A DNA stretch of 64,000 bases, taken from assembly GCA_016840035.1 (NCBI GenBank), contig JAEOTC010000030.1, forward strand, positions 1 through 64,000, given 5' to 3'. Numbering within the stretch: the stretch's first letter is position 1; each line of letters begins with the position of its first letter. The position numbers and the translations under genes are program-made. The stretch comes from Candidatus Hodarchaeota archaeon. GTDB taxonomy: Archaea; Asgardarchaeota; Heimdallarchaeia; Hodarchaeales; Hodarchaeaceae. Below, piece by piece: positions 58,237-64,000 of the stretch. Under the pieces are notes generated by a model. It was not told the origin of the DNA. It did no database searches and was given only the letters and a program-made list of their open reading frames with translations.

Positions 58237-58519
58237 TTTCTATAATTTTATTTCTCTTAAGAAGGAATTTAGGTTCGTAAACAGACACATCCTCCACTTT
58301 GTCATAGCAGTGTACAGTTAATTGTGATTTTGGTTCACCAAAATGGCCTTCTATTTTTTGGATTACAACACGTTCAAGATCAAAATTCATTTGTGCTGCT
58401 ACCTTGGACCTTACAGCTTCTCTAGTGGGTGTGATTTCCCCTAGATGCGTAATAAGGGCTTTAATTTCGTTTCGGCCAATAAGTGGATTGTGTTTTTCTT
58501 CAGTAATCGTAATCTCCAT
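58217..58519 (-). CDS. rps24e: Ribosomal protein S24e
   Basis: [23 protein letters not shown]. Confidence 0.93.
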   Translation of the reverse strand: MEITITEEKHNPLIGRNEIKALITHLGEITPTREAVRSKVAAQMNFDLERVVIQKIEGHFGEPKSQLTVHCYDKVEDVSVYEPKFLLKRNKIIENEQKED

Positions 58520-59069
58520 TTCTATATTCCTCGTGAAATTCGAATTTATCTAATAAGCCTTGTACTTGTTCCTTCAGGGAAGTAGTAATCACTGCTACAA
58601 CAAGGCCTTCTTCAGTGGTAATGGGAGGTTGTCCGTAAATGACAATGCTTCCAAGAGGTAGGGAAATTATCACAGGGATAATTAATAAATCCTCTTCACC
58701 GTCAATCCTTACTGCTATGCGGCAATTGTTGGAGGTAGAAAAAGCTATTGCATTTTCGATTTCCTGAATCGCACTCTTAAGGATCCACTCTTTAGGATTA
58801 GATGTACGATATATTGAATATTTTTCAAGATTCATTGAAACTGGGCCAGTTCGTTGAGTTTTTCCATCAAAAATAATAACATTAGGATAATATTCTTGAT
58901 CAAGGAAAGATTTTGCACATACGTCTCCAATAGCTACAACTAAACCTTCATTCGACTTTCTAATGTAATTTATTGCGTTCCTAGCTGATGCAGAATGCTC
59001 TCCAGTAAATAATTTACCAATAGGCGTTCTTAATGATTTTCGAAGAGAAATGGGGAGCTTATATCCCAC
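58500..59069 (-). CDS. GTP-dependent dephospho-CoA kinase (DUF359)
   Basis: IGDV, DGKTQR, DGEEDLL, YGQP; conserved position between spt4 and rps24e. Confidence 0.9.
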   Translation of the reverse strand: MGYKLPISLRKSLRTPIGKLFTGEHSASARNAINYIRKSNEGLVVAIGDVCAKSFLDQEYYPNVIIFDGKTQRTGPVSMNLEKYSIYRTSNPKEWILKSAIQEIENAIAFSTSNNCRIAVRIDGEEDLLIIPVIISLPLGSIVIYGQPPITTEEGLVVAVITTSLKEQVQGLLDKFEFHEEYRNGDYDY

Positions 59070-59079
59070 CAGAAATCCC

Positions 59080-59274
59080 TCAACGAACTTTAATAGCATA
59101 TTTTCCGGGACGGTTAATATTCAGCCTCTTTGCAATCTTACTATCTTTAGGCTCACGAATGATTACCATCCCAACAAAGCTCTTGGATAGGTGATTGTGT
59201 GTTTTACAGATAGGACATACTTCCTCTCCATGGACGATGCTATTACATTTTTTGCAGGCTTTGATTTTTACCAA
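59080..59274 (-). CDS. spt4: Transcription elongation factor Spt4 (RpoE'')
   Basis: KACKKC...CPIC...SKIAK...PGKYAIKVR. Confidence 0.94.
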   Translation of the reverse strand: MVKIKACKKCNSIVHGEEVCPICKTHNHLSKSFVGMVIIREPKDSKIAKRLNINRPGKYAIKVR

Positions 59275-59820
59275 CTAGGCTGCCTCCTTTTGTTCATCAA
59301 TCCAACTTTTCAGACCTAATCCCTCACCTTTCATGGTGACAGCAATTTTCATGCTTACGTGATCAACGGTTGCAGTAATTATTTTTCCACGGACTAAATC
59401 CCCTGGTCTAATAGTTCTACCTGATTCTCTTCCTACTAAAACTCCTGAAGATCTAGAAGACATTTGAAAATATTCATCAGCAATTTGACTTATATGTGCT
59501 AAAGCATCGGTACAACCGATTCGCATAAAAAATCCAAATTTCGTTGTTTCAACAACTTCTCCTTCTGTTACTTCATCATCCAAAGGACGAAAAGTGATCG
59601 CTTCATATTCCACATCATGAAAAGTTGCTCCGTCCCCAGGAACAATTCTTCCTGGAGAAATTTCTTTAACTGCCAAGATAGCAACAATCATTCCTACATC
59701 TCCTCCAATTGTGGTTTCATTCTTTGATCTTGAGATATCAAGAATAACCTCTTCTAAAGGCTGTCCGAATCTGTTTGGGGGAATGCGGATTGTTTCACGG
59801 ATTTGAGTCATGTAATACAT
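59275..59820 (-). CDS. rpoE1: RNA polymerase subunit RpoE' (Rpb7)
   Basis: IRIPP, GDGA, S1 domain HISQI, GLG..W. Confidence 0.95.
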   Translation of the reverse strand: MYYMTQIRETIRIPPNRFGQPLEEVILDISRSKNETTIGGDVGMIVAILAVKEISPGRIVPGDGATFHDVEYEAITFRPLDDEVTEGEVVETTKFGFFMRIGCTDALAHISQIADEYFQMSSRSSGVLVGRESGRTIRPGDLVRGKIITATVDHVSMKIAVTMKGEGLGLKSWIDEQKEAA

Positions 59821-59996
59821 TTATCCAGTGCCTCTTTACGCTGACCTCAGTCAAGCTATACTGAAAATAGAATCATTAAAGGCTTTCTTTATTGGACTAT
59901 TGAGTCTTTCCAAGTGAGTTTATGATTCGAGAGGTATCCAAAGTAATAAAAAAAGGAAAAAAAGGGGAGGATGAATATTTCAGGGTTGTTAGAAGT

Positions 59997-62429
59997 TTAT
60001 TCATCTTCAGTGTTGAAGGATATTGCTGACTTTCTGGAACTTTTTCTATAAGCCCATACGAAAGCGACAAAAAGTAATGCACCAACTATTGCTAAAATGA
60101 AAGTTAGCGTAGAATCCTGTGTTGATTGAACTAGCAGCGGAGCTAGTATAAGACTAATCAAATTAATCACTTTTATCATGGGATTCAATGCTGGGCCAGC
60201 TGTGTCTTTTAATGGATCTCCGACTGTATCTCCAACAACACCAGCTTTGTGACGCTCCGATCCTTTTCCTGTATTCTTTTCTAGATCTCTTGGCTCATCT
60301 TCAATAGCCTTTTTGGCATTATCCCATGCTCCACCGGCATTAGACATGTATACAGCGAGTAATTGTCCACTAACAATAATTCCTGCTTGAAAACCACCCA
60401 GTACTTCAACACCAGATCCAATTAATTGTGCATTGTCTACCTGCCCAAGAGCAATGGTAAAGAATATCGCCATAAAAATTGGTACACTAACAGCGATAAT
60501 TGTCAGGCTAATTAGTTCTCTTTGAGCAGCAGCTGTTACAATTTTGACAACATTCCCATAGTCTGGCTTCTTGGTACCCTCCATGATTCCTGGAATTCGG
60601 AATTGCCTTCTAACTTCATTAATTGTTTGACCAGCGGCTCGATTTACTGCTCTGATATTAAAAGCGGAAAAAAGCCACGGCAGTGCTGCTCCAATAAGTA
60701 ATCCAATAAAGACTGCAGGAACATTGATTCGTAAACCATAAGCAAGTGGACTTGTGATTTCCAGGTTTTCAGCAACAATTCCCACGTCTATTACAAACGA
60801 GGCGAATAAGCTAACTGATGCTATCACAGCAGATGCAATTGCAACTCCCTTGGTAATTGCTTTTGTAGTATTACCTACAGCATCTAATTCTTCTAAGACG
60901 TGTCTAGATTCTTTGTCCATACCTGTCATTTCTGCAATACCTTGTGCGTTATCACTGATTGGACCGAACGAATCCATTGCAACATTATTACCTGTGTGAG
61001 AAAGCATTCCTATTCCTATCAATGCAATTCCATATAGTATTGCTGTTCCTAGATCCTCCTGTGAAACTATCAGATTATGCTCCAATCCATTGACAAATGG
61101 TAATCCAGTATTATCGGGGAAAATTGCATATGTTACAATTGCGAAAATAAATGAAATACAAATTGCTACAACAGCCCATACACTACTTTCATATCCCAAG
61201 GCAATACCACTCAATATTGTAGTTGCTGGACCTCCTTCGGTGGATTCAAATACTTCAACGACTGGGCCACCAGCTTTTGCAGTAAACCGAGCCGTAATGG
61301 GATTAAATGATACTGCTAACAATACTCCGACTGCGATTAGGAAACCAAGTCTCCAATCACCAGCGTAAAATGTGGCAAGAATTAATGATGTAATTATTGT
61401 GATAGCACTAGAAATTTCATAGGATTGAAACATAGCTTTTTCTGCATCAGGAGTTTTCCATAATGCAACCGCATAAGTACCTACAATCGAACTGATTACA
61501 CCCACAGCTCTGACAATTAGGGGAAACATAATCCAAACGATTCTTCCATCGATTCCAAAAAGAACCAGTCCTAATATTAAAGAGGAGACAATAGTAACTT
61601 CATATGACTCGAAGATATCTGCGGCCATACCTGCACAATCCCCAACATTATCCCCAACAAGATCCGCAATAACACCAGCATTCCTTGGATCGTCCTCTGG
61701 AACGTCTTTTTCTACTTTACCAACAAGGTCTGCACCGACATCGGCTGCCTTGGTGTAAATACCTCCTCCAACTCTCATAAATAGAGCTAGAATCGTACCA
61801 CCAAAACCAAAACCAAGCAAAGCATCAGGAGCGGCTTTTCCAAAGATAATGAAAATAAGAGTACCACCTAGTAATCCAAATCCATCAGTTAGCATTCCTG
61901 TGACAGTACCAGCATGATATGCCACAGATAGTGCTTTGTTGTATCTCTGTCCAACATCTAATGGGTTACCAGATTCATCAGTGGCTTGAGATGCAGTAGC
62001 AGCTACTCTCAAGTTACCTTGAACTGCAATCCGCATACCAAATTGGCCAACCATCATTGAAAATGAGGCACCCATTATGAATGCAAGTGTACGCCCGAAT
62101 GCTATGATAAGTACTGGATCCAGTCCTTCAAATTCATCTACCGCTGCGTGAGTTGGTTCAACAAGATATACACTAAAAAATAATGCTACCGTGAGAATAA
62201 GTACAATAGGTAGAATCGTTTTGAGTTGACGCATCAGATAGGCATTTGCGCCTTCATTGATAGCTTCCCATACCTCTTGCATCTCCTCCGAACCTGTATC
62301 ATGGCTGAGGACATCTTTACGAAGCCACCATGAATAGATAAAGGAAATAATTGCAACAACGATTACAACACCAAGGGTTAACTGTTCAATGGGGGCTAAT
62401 TCCAAAAAAGTTTTAAGCACTGTTTTCAC
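59997..62429 (-). CDS. hppA: Membrane pyrophosphatase, likely K+-independent H+-translocating type
   Basis: DVGADLVGKVE, DNVGD, GNTTKA (Lys at the K+-independence position), GDTVGDPLKD. Confidence 0.94.
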   Translation of the reverse strand: MKTVLKTFLELAPIEQLTLGVVIVVAIISFIYSWWLRKDVLSHDTGSEEMQEVWEAINEGANAYLMRQLKTILPIVLILTVALFFSVYLVEPTHAAVDEFEGLDPVLIIAFGRTLAFIMGASFSMMVGQFGMRIAVQGNLRVAATASQATDESGNPLDVGQRYNKALSVAYHAGTVTGMLTDGFGLLGGTLIFIIFGKAAPDALLGFGFGGTILALFMRVGGGIYTKAADVGADLVGKVEKDVPEDDPRNAGVIADLVGDNVGDCAGMAADIFESYEVTIVSSLILGLVLFGIDGRIVWIMFPLIVRAVGVISSIVGTYAVALWKTPDAEKAMFQSYEISSAITIITSLILATFYAGDWRLGFLIAVGVLLAVSFNPITARFTAKAGGPVVEVFESTEGGPATTILSGIALGYESSVWAVVAICISFIFAIVTYAIFPDNTGLPFVNGLEHNLIVSQEDLGTAILYGIALIGIGMLSHTGNNVAMDSFGPISDNAQGIAEMTGMDKESRHVLEELDAVGNTTKAITKGVAIASAVIASVSLFASFVIDVGIVAENLEITSPLAYGLRINVPAVFIGLLIGAALPWLFSAFNIRAVNRAAGQTINEVRRQFRIPGIMEGTKKPDYGNVVKIVTAAAQRELISLTIIAVSVPIFMAIFFTIALGQVDNAQLIGSGVEVLGGFQAGIIVSGQLLAVYMSNAGGAWDNAKKAIEDEPRDLEKNTGKGSERHKAGVVGDTVGDPLKDTAGPALNPMIKVINLISLILAPLLVQSTQDSTLTFILAIVGALLFVAFVWAYRKSSRKSAISFNTEDE

Positions 62430-62837
62430 CTTATATTTTAACTAAGAAGAATTCATATAGTATAAATTCTATGGACCTATAATGAGAATTAGGTCATAAC
62501 TAAGTAAGTTGCATTTTTTGCCTATGGTTAATAAAAAATATCAATGAAAATTACTAGTTAGAAATGTACTAAAATATTTGTAAAGTAATTAAAATCAATA
62601 AATCTTCATTTACAGATGAATTTTAACCCAAAAATTATTGAATAATTCTCAGTGAATCGTAGAATCAAAAATAATCTAAATTTTTTTACAGTTCGAGATT
62701 TGAGTATTTTTAAGGTAATGAGATACAAAAACTTAACATCTTCTCCTTTACAGTAGTTTCTTAAGCCCACTTTCAATTCCTATTATTTAATAAGATATCA
62801 CATGATTAATGAATTTATATTGGAATCGTGGAATAAA

Positions 62838-63287
62838 ATGGCTGAAAGGACTTTATTAGTAATTAAACCAGATGCAGTGCAAAGAGGTCTCATAGGAAAT
62901 ATTATTTCCCGAATTGAAAGAAAAGGGTTAAAGATAATTGCTCTTAAAATAATGATGTTAACAGACGATGAAGTAGATAAGTTATATGACATCCATATGG
63001 ATAAAGTATTCTATCCTCTTTTAAATTCCTTCATAATATCTGGACCATTGGTAGCTATCGCCATTCAAGGGAAAAATAGTGTTAAAATTGTACGAAAGCT
63101 AGCAGGTGTCACTAATTCACCTGAAGCTGAACCCGGGACCATTCGTGGAGATTTCGGAGTGGATCTTACGAAAAATATCATACACTCTTCGGATAAACCT
63201 GAAAGAGCAGAATATGAGCTCAGCGTACTATTTAAGGAAGAAGATTACGTGTCTTATAGCTTAATAAATGAATCATGGGTTGAATAA
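62838..63287 (+). CDS. ndk: Nucleoside diphosphate kinase
   Basis: IKPDAVQR, PGTIRGDF, NIIHSSD. Confidence 0.96.
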   Translation: MAERTLLVIKPDAVQRGLIGNIISRIERKGLKIIALKIMMLTDDEVDKLYDIHMDKVFYPLLNSFIISGPLVAIAIQGKNSVKIVRKLAGVTNSPEAEPGTIRGDFGVDLTKNIIHSSDKPERAEYELSVLFKEEDYVSYSLINESWVE

Positions 63288-63310
63288 CTCCCACGTGCGA
63301 GACGGCATAG

Positions 63311-63967
63311 ATGAAAAGACGATCTCCTTATAAACGAATTAAGATTAGGAATATCACTGGTTCAGAGCTTTTAAAAGATAATGAAGAACGTTGGCGTCTA
63401 AGAAGTTCAAATGGATCCAGCTTATTTCGTATTTGGATTGTTGGGGTAATTACGGAAATTTACCAGGGGCAAAATAACTATATTGGATTGAAAGTAGAAG
63501 ATGGGAGTGGTGCAGCAATTGTTAAATCTTGGGATGGTAATCTAGAATCATTCTCTCAGTGGGATAAAGTAGAAATTCTTGGTCAAATTCAAATTTCTGA
63601 ACAAGATGAGAAAATTGACGTATTTATAACCCCAGATATCATAGAAAAGATTGTGGATGACAATTGGTTTATCTATCATCGATTGAAAATTGCTCAACAA
63701 AACGCTTTTCTTGACACAGAAATTACAGTAAAATCTGCCGTCGTTGAAGGAATCGATCTTGGAATAGCGTCCTTAGAAGATTTGAAAACTAAACTTAAGA
63801 AACTTGTTAAGCAATTAGATAAAGGTAGTGGAGTTACAATGGATGACATCATCGAAAAATTACCAAAAATAGATGAATCACAGATTTATGATGCAATTAC
63901 CGAATTATTGGAATCTGGAGAGTTTTTTGAACCTCAAGTCGGTATATATTCGATCGCATTTGAATAG
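63311..63967 (+). CDS. RPA32 (RPA2)-like OB-fold + C-terminal winged helix
   Basis: RIWIVGVI...EDGSG OB fold; C-term wH ending LLESGEFFEP. Confidence 0.82.
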   Translation: MKRRSPYKRIKIRNITGSELLKDNEERWRLRSSNGSSLFRIWIVGVITEIYQGQNNYIGLKVEDGSGAAIVKSWDGNLESFSQWDKVEILGQIQISEQDEKIDVFITPDIIEKIVDDNWFIYHRLKIAQQNAFLDTEITVKSAVVEGIDLGIASLEDLKTKLKKLVKQLDKGSGVTMDDIIEKLPKIDESQIYDAITELLESGEFFEPQVGIYSIAFE

Positions 63968-64000
63968 GACCCGAATTTACGGCCTATTCCACTGGAACAC

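Noticed and set aside
3134-62992. Many short antisense or overlapping ORFs in the track (e.g. 3134-3451, 27363-27803, 30296-30679, 41738-42235)
   Set aside because: They lie opposite or inside well-supported genes and carry no motifs of their own.
1-64000. CRISPR arrays, transposases, integrases or att-site duplications at the five tRNAs
   Set aside because: No regularly spaced repeats or mobile-element genes seen. The similarity between 37378-37492 and 54556-54640 reflects two tRNA-Leu isoacceptors.

Overview
AT-rich archaeal chromosome segment, most consistent with an Asgard archaeon (Heimdallarchaeia-like). That assignment is inferred from a longin-like protein, a RING/alpha-solenoid protein, a eukaryote-like Sec61beta, RpoG and RPA32/RPA14. 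Most of the window is housekeeping: ribosomal proteins (L14e, S13-S4-S11, L3-L4-L23-L2, S24e, S27ae and an unannotated eL41), transcription (TFB, TBP, TFS, RpoE', Spt4, RpoG), RNA processing (Cbf5, Nop5, fibrillarin, TmcA, RNase Z, EndA, KEOPS Kae1/Bud32), a heat-shock cluster (Hsp20-Cdc48-PAC2-Phr), an H+-PPase and 5 tRNAs (3 with introns). I saw no CRISPR array or mobile element. Main points of interest: (1) a 5S rRNA at 1-125 written in circularly permuted order (3' half, 3-nt loop, 5' half) with a candidate bulge-helix-bulge at the break; the window edge hides the decisive upstream flank; (2) a polytopic membrane protein with a polyproline tract and a VASP/WH2-like tail; (3) a longin + Bet3/V4R-like fusion; (4) a membrane-anchored alpha-solenoid RING protein; (5) a tandem paralogous coiled-coil/winged-helix pair; (6) an SNM1/Pso2-type nuclease next to a MutS-like gene; (7) apparent non-canonical start codons for TFB (CTG) and a GT2 (ATT). 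All family calls come from reading motifs by eye; no searches were run.
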